Below, one piece after another: positions 31,626 through 42,443 of a stretch of DNA of 64,000 nt. The notes beneath the pieces are model-generated. The model did not search any database and was not told where the DNA came from. It saw nothing but the letters and a program-made list of their open reading frames with translations. The stretch lies in assembly GCA_949287595.1 (NCBI GenBank), contig CASEGV010000001.1, positions 220,873 through 284,872 on the forward strand, given 5' to 3'. The stretch comes from an uncultured Mycoplasmatota bacterium. Its GTDB lineage: Bacteria; Bacillota_I; Bacilli_A; RF39; UBA660. Within the stretch, counting starts at the first letter, position 1. Every line of letters begins with the position of its first letter. Position numbers and translations under genes: made by a program.

Positions 31626-32423
31626 TTATTTTTTTAATTTCTTAGTAACAATTTCTTCTTTCTTAAGTACTGTAACTGGAATATTTAATTCACTAACAGT
31701 ACTACTATCTTCTACTTTAATCAACGAAACTTTTACAGCATATTCTCCTTCAACTGAAAATACAGCTTTAAGAGGAGTGTATGCTAAATATGGCTGATCT
31801 GGTTCTACAGTAATATCAAATCCATCACCTCCCCAATCTCCATTATTTACAAAAGAAAAATCATTTCCTTCTCCATCAGAAATAGTGTAATTCACATCTC
31901 CAGGACCTTCTGTAGAAAATACAAATTTTACTCCAGTAAAGCTTTTATTAGATGTAAATCCTACAGTTACATTAACTTCATCACCTGAATATATTTTTTC
32001 TGGCAACGTTGGAGAAATAAATTCTACTTTTTCATCCTCTTCTGTGTTAGAGTTTTCTTCTACAGTTACGTTCAATGTAGATACTAAACCATCCATGGTA
32101 GTACAAGTAATAGTAGCATTACCAGTTTGACATGCGTAAGCTACATTATCAATAATTTGAATTATTTTTAAATTATTACTTTCAAATGTAGGATATTGAA
32201 CATTTGCCAAAAAAGGCTTAGCTTCTACTTTTAAATTAAATGTAGATCCAGGAACTAATTTAATACTTCCTTCAGAAGCTCCTAAAAAATTAATCTCAGT
32301 AGCTTTATGAACGTTGATATCTTTATCAGTTTTTTCTGCTACTTCACTAAGAATCTCGTTTCCTCTAACAGGAGCCATAGCATCTAATTTTAGGCTCTTG
32401 TCATTATAAAAATCATTCACCAT
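31626..32423 (-). CDS. Ig-like (Big_2) domain protein, possibly virion-associated
   Basis: TFESNNLKIIQI...ACQTGNATITCTTMDG..STLNVTV; second beta-rich domain. Confidence 0.7.
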   Translation of the reverse strand: MVNDFYNDKSLKLDAMAPVRGNEILSEVAEKTDKDINVHKATEINFLGASEGSIKLVPGSTFNLKVEAKPFLANVQYPTFESNNLKIIQIIDNVAYACQTGNATITCTTMDGLVSTLNVTVEENSNTEEDEKVEFISPTLPEKIYSGDEVNVTVGFTSNKSFTGVKFVFSTEGPGDVNYTISDGEGNDFSFVNNGDWGGDGFDITVEPDQPYLAYTPLKAVFSVEGEYAVKVSLIKVEDSSTVSELNIPVTVLKKEEIVTKKLKK

Positions 32424-32597
32424 TTTCTTAAATTTAATTTATTAAAGTTTAACATTTACAAGTATAAGGCTATTTCCTGAATTTTTCCGCGTTTTAAAGA
32501 TTATGTAAAGAAAAAGAAGATTACTTTCTTCTCAGAAAATAATCTCCTAATTCATACTAAAATGGATAAACTTTACATTTTTGCATATATAAGGTTA

Positions 32598-32876
32598 TTA
32601 AGGATTTTCAGAATCATCAGTATCCACAAAGAACATTGAATTTACTACTTTATTTATAATAGAATTCTTTATATCACTAGAATTATAAAGTTGCTTTTTT
32701 ATCTCTTCTTTTATTAAATAATTTATGTCAGTTTTTTTAAATGTATCATCTAAAACTAACTTAACTTGTTCTGTTATAGCATCATCAATCCATTCCCTGA
32801 TATCAGCTTTTGTAATGCCTAGATCATTATACATAAAATTTCTAAACATTATCCATTTTTCATTTTTCTCAGCCAT
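32598..32876 (-). CDS. hypothetical protein
   Basis: 92 aa ORF. Confidence 0.7.
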   Translation of the reverse strand: MAEKNEKWIMFRNFMYNDLGITKADIREWIDDAITEQVKLVLDDTFKKTDINYLIKEEIKKQLYNSSDIKNSIINKVVNSMFFVDTDDSENP

Positions 32877-32886
32877 AAAATTTTAA

Positions 32887-33396
32887 TTAAATTGTTAATA
32901 TACTGGTATAAATAACTCTATCTACTTTAGAATAATTTTCTTTGCTTAAATATTCTTTCCATTCTTCTTTAGGATCTATACTTCCCAAAATCATATTGTC
33001 ACAATCTTTTTCTATACTTAAAACTTTTCTAATATATGGTTCACAATAATCATAATATAATATAATAATATCCCCTTCAAATACCCTATAAATAGGAACA
33101 GATTCAGTTATTACTAAATTACATGTATCTTTAGAATTAAGTTTATAGTAAAATTTATCTTGATGTGGAGAGTCTAAACTTACCTTAAGAGTAAAGTTAT
33201 ATAATATATTTAATTTATTCTTTTTTAGAGATATTGTATCTAAGTTAAACTTCAAGCCATTATACTTATATGGTATTACTTGTTTTAACCTTACGTACTT
33301 ATACCTTAATATAAAAGTAAACACTAAATAAATTAATAATAGCAATAGTCCGACAACTATTGCACTTTCAAGTAAATTTATCGCTGAATTATCCAT
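32887..33396 (-). CDS. membrane-anchored hypothetical protein
   Basis: N-terminal TM segment. Confidence 0.65.
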   Translation of the reverse strand: MDNSAINLLESAIVVGLLLLLIYLVFTFILRYKYVRLKQVIPYKYNGLKFNLDTISLKKNKLNILYNFTLKVSLDSPHQDKFYYKLNSKDTCNLVITESVPIYRVFEGDIIILYYDYCEPYIRKVLSIEKDCDNMILGSIDPKEEWKEYLSKENYSKVDRVIYTSILTI

Positions 33397-33470
33397 ATTT
33401 AATTAAATTATTACATGTATAAGAGATTGAGAGCTTTATAATTGAATTATAACTTAAATTATTACATAAT

Positions 33471-33713
33471 ATGAAAAATTTTAGAAAAAGAATGTTTATT
33501 AATTGGAAAGATATCCTATATAACATAACGGAGGGTTCTTTTCCAATTAGTTTAGTATTTTATTTAATAATCTCTGATGGAAAACTTGGAGAAAAATATC
33601 TAATATTAACTGTTATATTTTTTATTATAATGTCTATTTTAGTATCTATCAATTGGGATGAAGTTAGGAATAGATTAAATGCAAGAAAAAGGAAACTTAC
33701 TAAATTAAATTGA
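33471..33713 (+). CDS. small membrane protein
   Basis: 80 aa, two hydrophobic segments, basic tail. Confidence 0.6.
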   Translation: MKNFRKRMFINWKDILYNITEGSFPISLVFYLIISDGKLGEKYLILTVIFFIIMSILVSINWDEVRNRLNARKRKLTKLN

Positions 33714-33714
33714 T

Positions 33715-34077
33715 ATGGAAGAAGAGAATAAAGAGAGATTTATAGTAGGGAATTATTACTTAATAAAACCAGATCCTATAGTTTTTGATTCAAATTTGGA
33801 TTATTCCAATCTTATTAAATATTTTAGGAAAGCAGGAGAATTAGAAGTATATGGCCCTATCTACAGCATAATAAAAATAGATAATAATGATGTAACTGTT
33901 TTGACAAGAATGTTAGATCCAATTCCAGAAGAAGATCAAATAATAATTAGTTATTGCAAAAATAATTGTCCAAATAGAGAAGATTGTATTGCTAATTGTG
34001 CCTTATCAGAATATAAACATTATAAAGCAGATATAATGTCTGAATATTATGATAAAAATAAAAAAGAAGAAAGCTAG
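33715..34077 (+). CDS. hypothetical protein with C-terminal Cys4 motif
   Basis: YCKNNCPNREDCIANCAL. Confidence 0.7.
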   Translation: MEEENKERFIVGNYYLIKPDPIVFDSNLDYSNLIKYFRKAGELEVYGPIYSIIKIDNNDVTVLTRMLDPIPEEDQIIISYCKNNCPNREDCIANCALSEYKHYKADIMSEYYDKNKKEES

Positions 34078-34078
34078 G

Positions 34079-34660
34079 TTAATTCCTAGCTTTCTTTATT
34101 TCTACATCTTTCCATTTTCCTTTAGTATCTCCAATTGGACTTAATAAATCTATAGTCCTTGTATATCTTGGATTCATCGTATCGTGGACTTCATATTCTC
34201 CGTTAATACTTGGATCATGATCGCACTTAATAATAACTTTTTCTCCATATTTAAAGTGTTTTCTAAGATCTCTACTTACTGCTACCCATTTTAATTTTCC
34301 AGCATTTAAGTTATTTAAACAGATTTTGCTATTATCCGCAGTAATTAAAGGATCATCATCACACTGCTCCTTAACTGGATTATACTTAGTCACTGTTACC
34401 TTAAATATTTTATCATCTTTTTTTATTTCTCTTGTAAAAGATGTTTTTTCTTTTTGGAAATATGTATTATTTTCTTCTGCCTCTTTTTCGATTTTCATTA
34501 TTGAGTCTATAAATTCTTCATACTCAACTTCTTCGGCATCCATCCATTCTTTTTTAACTGGTTTATTATTACTAAATAAAACCAATCCAATTACGTATAG
34601 TATAAATATTATTATTAAATAATATACTACCGTTTCACACTTTTTAAAAAACTTTTCCAT
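34079..34660 (-). CDS. membrane-anchored 3D-domain protein (peptidoglycan-related)
   Basis: N-terminal TM; VTVTKYNP..QCDDDPLITAD, VAVSRDL, VHDTMNPRY..TIDLL. Confidence 0.78.
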   Translation of the reverse strand: MEKFFKKCETVVYYLIIIFILYVIGLVLFSNNKPVKKEWMDAEEVEYEEFIDSIMKIEKEAEENNTYFQKEKTSFTREIKKDDKIFKVTVTKYNPVKEQCDDDPLITADNSKICLNNLNAGKLKWVAVSRDLRKHFKYGEKVIIKCDHDPSINGEYEVHDTMNPRYTRTIDLLSPIGDTKGKWKDVEIKKARN

Positions 34661-34776
34661 ATTATAATTTTATTAAAAAAATAAACCCTCAAATATTTTT
34701 CAATATCTTGAGGATTTTACTACTAATTCTTTATCACTAATAAGGCTATTAAGGAATTATAAATGGAAGAAAAAAA

Positions 34777-34811
34777 AATAATTATAAATCTGCTGTGATT
34801 TATAATTATTT
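34777..34811 (-). terminator. intrinsic terminator closing the non-coding unit
   Basis: aataattataaatc/gatttataattatt hairpin with A-run on + side. Confidence 0.6.
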
Positions 34812-34819
34812 TCAATATT

Positions 34820-34914
34820 TTATTATACACATTAGGATTCGAACCTACTACTTTTATAAAATAGTATCTATTTTATAAATGTTTTGCCCCTCTTAAACTA
34901 TCTATGTATAATAA
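34820..34914 (-). ncRNA. tRNA-like structure without canonical anticodon loop
   Basis: minus strand: closing stem tattatacata/tgtgtataata, D arm gttt-aagaggggca-aaac, 12-bp stem tttataaaatag-ata-ctattttataaa, T arm tagg-TTCGAAT-ccta. Confidence 0.6.
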
Positions 34915-34953
34915 TTATTATTTTGTTGTGTTCTTTATAAAGTTGTTTGCACC

Positions 34954-35020
34954 TCATAAACATAGGAATTTCTTCCACTAGCTTAAGTTATACGTTACAT
35001 ATTTCTTAAGATGTTTATGA
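34954..35020 (-). ncRNA. putative structured RNA (three-way junction)
   Basis: 10-bp closing stem tcataaacat/atgtttatga enclosing cttaag/cttaag stem and ggaa-GAAA-ttcc hairpin. Confidence 0.4.
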
Positions 35021-35051
35021 TGTATAAAATTGTTATTGTGTCTTTTATATT

Positions 35052-35172
35052 TTCATATATAAGATTCTTAAGGTTTTTAAAACGGTAAGATTTTACATAT
35101 GAAAATATATAGTTACATAATATATTTTATTCATATATAAGAATTTAAAGGTTTTTAAAACGGTAAGATTTT
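35052..35172 (-). repeat. imperfect tandem duplication (~42 bp) carrying the promoter motif
   Basis: tcatatataaga..t...aggtttttaaaacggtaagatttt occurs at ~35053 and ~35131. Confidence 0.75.
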
Positions 35173-35427
35173 TTATTCAAAAAAGTCCTTATATCTTCTT
35201 ATAAAAGTATCTAGTATATTTCTATCAGTATAGGAATATCCTCCCCATTTATTTTTCCAATCCTCATCTGCAGAGTGTATTTCAGTCCAATTTTTTGAAA
35301 ATCTCCACTTAAAATCGTATAAGAATAAAACTATAGATATTATTAAAGTAAAAGATGCCTCAATAGAAATATACATTATTTGAATAATAATCCAAACTAA
35401 TTTATCAATTCTAAATAATTTTATCAT
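35173..35427 (-). CDS. small membrane protein
   Basis: 84 aa with hydrophobic N-terminal half. Confidence 0.65.
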   Translation of the reverse strand: MIKLFRIDKLVWIIIQIMYISIEASFTLIISIVLFLYDFKWRFSKNWTEIHSADEDWKNKWGGYSYTDRNILDTFIRRYKDFFE

Positions 35428-35544
35428 AATTTGTTTATTTTATTAAATACATTTATAAGAGTTTTAAACTATATAATATGTTCTGAATAATTAATATCCT
35501 TTAAAACTCTTATAAATGTAATAATAATTTAAAAAAATGAATAT

Positions 35545-35955
35545 ATGAAAAATTTAACAATTAAAGAAGCTTATGAATTAAATGATTTGTTTGAAACTAA
35601 TAAGTTTAAGCCTGGAATGAATAGTACAAACCTATATACTTCAGTGTTATCAATAAATTCTAAACATATTTCCCCCGGAAAAAATAATCTTAGAATTATC
35701 CAATGTAAAAGTAATGTACATAAATTAGTTGGTAAATTCTTAGATAAAAATAGAAAAATATTACACATAAGTTGTTACTCAGTAGACGGAAATATTTTGA
35801 AGGAATTTGATTTTAATTGTTCTGAATTATATCAGGTAGCTGAAGGAAAACAATTAAATGATATTGTAAATAATAATATAGAATTTACTAAATTAAGTGG
35901 AGATATATTTGTTCCAAAATCAAAATACTTTGGTTTCAAAATAATACGTAATTAA
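35545..35955 (+). CDS. hypothetical protein
   Basis: 136 aa; own promoter motif (35509) and terminator. Confidence 0.7.
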   Translation: MKNLTIKEAYELNDLFETNKFKPGMNSTNLYTSVLSINSKHISPGKNNLRIIQCKSNVHKLVGKFLDKNRKILHISCYSVDGNILKEFDFNCSELYQVAEGKQLNDIVNNNIEFTKLSGDIFVPKSKYFGFKIIRN

Positions 35956-36028
35956 AAGAGAGGAAAATCCTCTCTTTTTTATTTTCTTTAAATCCTTATT
36001 AATATAATAAATAATTAATAATTTTATC

Positions 36029-37084
36029 ATGGATAAAGAACTTATAAAATTATCTGTTTTAAAAAATAGTAATTATACGAAAAAAATAGAAGATAATTAT
36101 CTAGTGCCATCTTTTATTTATAGTAGTAGTGGAAGAAAAATAAATATTCTTGAAGCTAGAAAAGTTGTAGATAATTCTAAAGAAGAGTTTATAAATTTGC
36201 TAAGAAAAGATATAAAAGATCTAAAATTAGCTTTTCAAGACTGCTATAAAGATTTATTTAGATATATTATTAAATTTCCAATAATAATTGAAGATAAATC
36301 TCTTTGGAATAAATTACTAGATACAGAAGGGATTGATAAATATAATCCAATAAGAGAAAAAGATTTTATTTTATTAGATTTATTATTTACTAAAATTAAT
36401 TTAGCAATATCTATAGATAATAATCCCATTATAGATAGGATTAATGATAGATATATAAAAATAAAGTATGGAATAGATACTATTAGATATAATAAATATG
36501 GAGAATCTAATATATCTAGAAATATTGATAGAAAATACTTAGAAGATTATATTAGAAACTTTATAAAAACAAATGAAGATTATAATAATACTCAACTATT
36601 AATTATTCCAGAAGATACTATAATTAATAATTATATTATTGATTATCAAGGAGCTTTTAAGTTTATAGAGAAATTAAAATTATATCTATCAGACCTATTT
36701 TATCTATATGATAATATAATCTTAACAACAAAGGATATTTATAATATTGATCCTGAAGATTTTGATATAGATACTAATATTAATAATCAAAATCAATATA
36801 TAAATAGTATTATCACAGTATTAAAACAAGTATATAAAAAAGATACTTATATTCACAATACTATGAAATTTTCACTAAAAAATGTTATGTGGATTATAAA
36901 TCTAATAAATAATAATTCTTTTTCCTGGAATTTCTTTGTAGGAAAAGAGGTTCCTTATTGGATTATAAATATAATTGGATATCCACCAAAAGAATATTAT
37001 AATAAATTATATATACAGCAAGATAAAAATGATGGAAAAATAAAAAAATTTCTAGAAGAATTAAAAAAGATTTATAAAATATAA
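36029..37084 (+). CDS. hypothetical protein, weak similarity to DUF559-like ORF 30939..31553
   Basis: KFPIIIE, FILLDLLF..INLAISID, DRYIKIKYGIDTIRY; catalytic E/H apparently missing. Confidence 0.65.
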   Translation: MDKELIKLSVLKNSNYTKKIEDNYLVPSFIYSSSGRKINILEARKVVDNSKEEFINLLRKDIKDLKLAFQDCYKDLFRYIIKFPIIIEDKSLWNKLLDTEGIDKYNPIREKDFILLDLLFTKINLAISIDNNPIIDRINDRYIKIKYGIDTIRYNKYGESNISRNIDRKYLEDYIRNFIKTNEDYNNTQLLIIPEDTIINNYIIDYQGAFKFIEKLKLYLSDLFYLYDNIILTTKDIYNIDPEDFDIDTNINNQNQYINSIITVLKQVYKKDTYIHNTMKFSLKNVMWIINLINNNSFSWNFFVGKEVPYWIINIIGYPPKEYYNKLYIQQDKNDGKIKKFLEELKKIYKI

Positions 37085-37246
37085 GAGGGTTGTTCCCTCT
37101 TATATTTTTCTTTAATCTAATTTTAATAAAGTGATATTAAAAACTTCTATAATCCTTATAATTGATATGTATATATAAATTTATTATGTATAAATACTTC
37201 TAATATTTTGCAAAATATTAGAAGTTAAATATTAATTATATAAATC

Positions 37247-40200
37247 ATGAATAGAAGATTGGTATTAATTGATCAAAATGAAACCCCAGACTATACTAAA
37301 TATTATAGTGGGGAAGTTGGAAATGAAGTGTATACATTACAATATCTTGAATCTTTACTTAAAAGTGATTCTAGTAGGATATTAGGTGTTGGGGAAGGTG
37401 ATGCAGTATTATTAGTTGGAGCAGAACCATTTAAATTTTTGCAAGGATATTATCATTTTGGAGTACGTTCTGAAAATTATTTTGACTGTTCTAAATTAAG
37501 AAGATTATCTATTGAAGGCGGAGCTTTTGTAAAGTGTGTTACTGAATACCCTAGTCAAGAAGAGATTAATGATTTTATGTCAATAGACTTTACTACACCT
37601 AGAGACTTTTCTTGGTTTAAACAAAAAGTATTACATACTTTTGAAGAAGCTTGGAAATTTTTAGATTGGATAGAATCATTACCAAAAGAAGAACCACTTG
37701 GATTTGACTATGAAGCATCTGGTATGCCACTAGATAAAGTATTTTATTTATCTGGAGCATCTATATGTAATATAAATTACGGTGGTTTTATATCATTTAC
37801 AGATATTAGAAGAACCTCATCTGAATATGCTTATAGAGGATTACTAGAAAGGCTTGGAAAAATCCTTCTAGAAAGAATGGATTACATATGGGTTTATAAT
37901 ATGCAATATGAATTCCAAGTATCTCATAGAGAGTTAGGAGTAGATTTATATAATCTTTGCGATGCTAGTGTAGTAAATGTTCTTGACGGAAATCATTTAA
38001 AGAAATATTCATTAAAATGGACTGGTCAAAAAGTTCTTGATGGAGTAAGAACTTGGGACGTAGATTTTGATAGATTATCTGATTTAATGGATTCAATGTT
38101 TTATGAAACGGTTGGAAAATTAAAGAAAGATAAGAAAAAAGTATTTAAGGTAACCTTAGATAATTACCAAGATACTAATGAATGGAAAATTATTTGCTCA
38201 ATTTATCCAGATTACGTAGGAGAATTTGAAAGATTAATTAATGATTATTGGGGATTTCCATTTATGTGTGTACCCTCAGATATATTAGGATATTACTGTA
38301 ATTTGGATGCTTTCTACACTTTAATGATTTTTAAAGAAAGAGAGAATACATATAGTAAAGATGCATTTAGAACATTCTTAGATAATATAAGATTAGGAGC
38401 TAGACTACACTCGAGTGGCCTTTATATAGATGAACCTTATAGATTAAAATATCAAGAAGAATGTCATAAAATGATGGCTTGGGGTATAACTTACTGTGCT
38501 ACTGCAAGATGTAAGATTAAAATGGATAAACACTCCAAATTAATGGCATCAACAAAAAAGATGAGTCCTTTTATAAAACTTTTAATTGAAAAAGAGTGCT
38601 TCTTTAATGGTAATTCTCAAGAAATAGTAAAAAATATTTTACTAAATCACGTAGATATATTAGATGCTTATAGTACTGGAGTAAACGAAGGACTTTTATT
38701 AATGAATTTTGGAGAACAATTTGCTGAAGGTTTTCTAAATATACTAACTGATTCAATGAAAGAGATTAAGTTTAAAGGAAAAATTGATTCGGGAGTAAAG
38801 AATAAAAGAAAATTATTAGGAGTAGTAGCAGCAAAGTTAGAATCATTTATTGGATTAGACAAAATAAAGCTAAATAATAAACATATTGAATTAGAAAAAT
38901 TCTATTATTATAAGAATGCTTATGATGAACTGATTAATATTAGTAATACTCAATTAAATGATATTAATAATATACCACAAAATATAAAAGCATTCGGAAA
39001 GGTTTTTAATTTACTTGATTATTCTAAATTCGTTAGTGATAATTATTTTAAATGTAAAAGTCCACAAGAAAATGATAAAATAGTTACTGAAATGTTTGAG
39101 CTTTACAAATCTCAGACAGCATTTATAGCAGCATTAGGAGAAAGTATTCAGCAACTACCAATTGAAAAGAAAGAAGATTTTTATACTAATTTAGGAATAT
39201 TCGAAATACAAGATGCTTTTAGTCACTTTATGTCAGAATGGAAAAATTGGTATGAACATTCTTCAACAGAAGAAGCTGAATATATAAGCAACTTATATCC
39301 AAGTAAAATGTTCCATCTAGCTATGGATTTTTGGAAGAAAGGAATAGAAGTAGAAACAGCTAAAGATGTATATCCAGTTAAGGACGTGTGGGCAGATTTT
39401 TTTGGATTTAATACACAAGCGCAGTTCTTTGATTATTTTAAAGATCAATATGAATCGTATTGTAAGCCATTCTCAGACTCTGATTTAACTGGAGATGATT
39501 TCTTCTTAATGAGAAAATTTTCATTAAATTATTTATTATATAAAAAATATGCAAAAGTATTAAGTACTTATATAGATGGTATGTTTAAAGCTAATAATAA
39601 ATGGGTAATAGAAGGAGAAGATCATATACCTTTAAGAGAAGCTGATCCATCTGAACCTGGAGCTATAGAAAAATGTTTTGCTCACTTTGAAGTAAATACT
39701 AAAAGTAGTAAAAGATGGTCTTCCGGATTCCATACTATTATCTCACATTCTGATCTTAAGGATTGTTTATCAACTCCATATCATTATGATAGATTTGGAA
39801 ATAAAGTAATAGAAGACTTCTTCGAAACATATTTTGACATTAGCAGTGCAGAGGTAAATTATAATTTTGCCGTTTAAGGTAGTAATATCTTAAATAATAA
39901 GTGGGCAAATTAACGGTAAAAGGTGAGATTCCTAATACCGTGCTAACTATAAGAATTACGAATAGGTCTTGTAGTAGTGTAACGCATAGAAGGTGAATAA
40001 ATATAATCCTTCCACGAGTGTCCACCAACCTATACAAGGTTGAAAATATATGCTGGACTAAGAAGAATATGAATTCTTAGAATTATAGGATAAAAAGCCT
40101 ATAAGATAACAAACGAAAAGCTGCAGGATTTGCTAGTGGAGACCCTGATTTAATAAATAAATTTCAAATTGGGGAAGATATATATATATACTCAGCTAAA

Positions 40201-42408
40201 TTATATTTAGGAGAAGAATTTGATAGACTTGAAGATCATGTAAAGAAAATGTGGAGAAAGCGATTTAAAACAATTTTCTTAGGAGTACTTTATGGTCTTG
40301 GAAAGAAGAGTTTAGCAGAAAGATTAAACTGTTCTGAAGCAGAAGCAGAAGAAATTATACAAGGACTTTACAAGAGTTTCCCAAAATTGAGAGAATATGT
40401 AGCAATTCAACAAAAATATCCACTTGAACATAGTGGATATATTAATACAATGCTGGGAGATAAGTTAAAAGTATCCGAATATGATTTACTATTAAAATCT
40501 ACTTCAGAACGTGAGAAAAAAGGATTAATAGCCAGAATTCAAAGGTTGGGCGTAAATCTACCTATCCAAGGTGGGACAAGTTCAATCATGGCTAGTGGAT
40601 TTATGAATAATATTAGAGAATCTATAAAAAATGGTTGGAAGAATATACTACAACCAATTATTGTAGTGCATTAACTTTATATAGTGCACTTAAAACCTAC
40701 TTAATTGCTGGAAACACTTGTTAGGTTATCAATACGTCGGAACTTGTCAATCCTATCGTAAAAATTTGATAAATAGAGTCAATCAGCAGTAAATTGCAAA
40801 TCAGGAATAAATAATTAATTTAAAATAATTAAAAATGGAAAGTTATGAGTTTAAATTATTAATAAATGGAATAGAAAATTTACCTAAAGAGCTTTTAAAT
40901 TATAATTCCGTATTATATAGAATTTATGATAAAGCAACTAATAAGAACTACATAGGAACAGCAAAATATGGAATTCCTGGAAGATTATATGATAGATCTT
41001 ATGGACATGTAGTTTATTTACGTAATTTGAATAAAACAAAGTGTCGCGGAATGTATTTTGAAATGTCTAAAAGAATAGAAGATTTTTCTCTTATTATAGA
41101 GAAAGTTACTGAATCAAAAAATTATGAAGAAATTTTATTGGATGAAACTGAATTGATAATAAAGTATGATTCAGTACTGTCAGGGTATAATGTTAGTATT
41201 GATGGAAAACCAAGATGGAAACAAGGAACAATCTGTGTAAATGATGGAAAATATGACTTATATATTTATCCTCAAGATATAGATAGATATATAAATAATG
41301 GATTTTCATTAGGATCTTGTAAACATGATTTTTTAAAAGGATTTATATGGATTAATAATGGATCTATATCTAAAATGATAGATCCGGATGATTTTGAATT
41401 ATTTAAATTAGACGGATTTGTGAAAGGATCTTTAGTATCTCCAAATAAGGGAAAGATTTGGGTAAATGATGGAAAGAATTCAAAATTAATTAATAAAGAT
41501 AAGATTAATACTAAAGAATTTGAAAATTATAAATTTTATGGAAGACTAGAAGGTCCTCGAAAACCCAGAGGAAAGTATAATTCTTCAAAGAAGAGAAAAA
41601 TAGTAAACAATGGGGAGAAAGAGCTTAGAGTATTAGAGTCTGAATTAGAATCTTTTTTAAAAGATAATCCATCCTATATATTAGGGCGATTGAAAGGAAA
41701 AATTTTAGTAAGTAATAAAGAAACTAATATATCTAAGTTTATTAGTAAAGATAAATTAAATGAATATTTATCTAAAGGATTTACAATCGGGAGAACAAAG
41801 AAATGACAGACTTTGTTTAGTAAATGCAATTTATTCAACGACTATCGAAAACATATCTTATTTGAAAGAAAAAGTGAGTAGAGTAGAACATAAGCTATTG
41901 ATGTTCGAAACAGTAGGCACCTTATGAATGGGTGAAGATATAGTCTGGTCTACCTAGAGATAGATAGCAGAAATATTTAAAAATATTTCGGCATAAATGT
42001 AGCGAATTTATGTGAACATTAACGGATTCTAATACTAATTATGTTCCAGTTAGTAAAATATTTGATATTAGAAAATTTTATGATATAAACTATACTGATT
42101 ATTGTTCATCCTTTGGACCAAAAATTAAATTATTATTTGATTTGTTATCTGGAGTTTCTTACGAAAAAGCATGTCCTATGAAACAAATTGATGAAAATAC
42201 TATTGAATATAAAGGAAGTGCTTATTCATTATTAGCTATTTATGATAGAATAATGAATTGTAAAGATTTAAAAGTGGAGTGTAATGTTTCTAGAGATTCA
42301 TTAATTCCAAAATGGATAACAAATCCTATAGATAGATTTATAAGAGAGAATGGTACTAGTATAGTTAAAGATATAAGTAAGTATACAATTCAATTTAAAA
42401 AATTATAA
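37247..42408 (+). CDS. polA: DNA polymerase family A, spliced (exons 37247-39855, 40116-40671, 42025-42408; 1182 aa)
   Basis: 3'-5' exo GFDYEASG, YNMQYE, YCNLDA; joined motif A YFDISSAEV|KAAGFASGD, motif B RKRFKTIFLGVLYG, NLPIQG, joined motif C IVVH|DS. Confidence 0.9.
39856..40115 (+). mobile_element. group I intron (260 nt, ORF-less) in polA motif A
   Basis: P1 ggt|aaa...tttgcc with U.G; core aacggtaaaa...aataccgtg, gtgtaacgcata, gaaaatatatgct; ends aaacG; splicing restores frame. Confidence 0.85.
40672..42024 (+). mobile_element. group I intron (1353 nt) in polA motif C with homing endonuclease
   Basis: P1 gtgcat|...gtgcac with U.G; aattgctggaaa, aatcagcag, ttcaacgactat, gaagatatagtct; ends aacG before GAT TCT. 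Confidence 0.88.
40835..41806 (+). CDS. intron-encoded GIY-YIG-like homing endonuclease with C-terminal repeats
   Basis: VLYRIYDKATNKNYIGTA...E...GYN; about five repeats beginning CVNDG/WINNG/WVNDG/IVNNG/LVSN and ending GF..G. Confidence 0.8.
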   Translation: MESYEFKLLINGIENLPKELLNYNSVLYRIYDKATNKNYIGTAKYGIPGRLYDRSYGHVVYLRNLNKTKCRGMYFEMSKRIEDFSLIIEKVTESKNYEEILLDETELIIKYDSVLSGYNVSIDGKPRWKQGTICVNDGKYDLYIYPQDIDRYINNGFSLGSCKHDFLKGFIWINNGSISKMIDPDDFELFKLDGFVKGSLVSPNKGKIWVNDGKNSKLINKDKINTKEFENYKFYGRLEGPRKPRGKYNSSKKRKIVNNGEKELRVLESELESFLKDNPSYILGRLKGKILVSNKETNISKFISKDKLNEYLSKGFTIGRTKK

Positions 42409-42413
42409 AAATA

Positions 42414-42443
42414 AATAAGAGGGAAATATTTCCCTCTTATTTT
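42414..42443. terminator. bidirectional terminator shared by polA and cassette A
   Basis: aaataagagggaaa/tttccctcttattt. Confidence 0.8.

Noticed and set aside
34820-34914. Canonical tRNA gene
   Set aside because: No 7-nt anticodon loop and irregular acceptor junction; reported as tRNA-like ncRNA instead.
39856-42024. Inteins or pseudogenisation in polA
   Set aside because: Insertions contain stops and group I intron hallmarks, and precise removal restores catalytic motifs; no intein C/S...HN ends.
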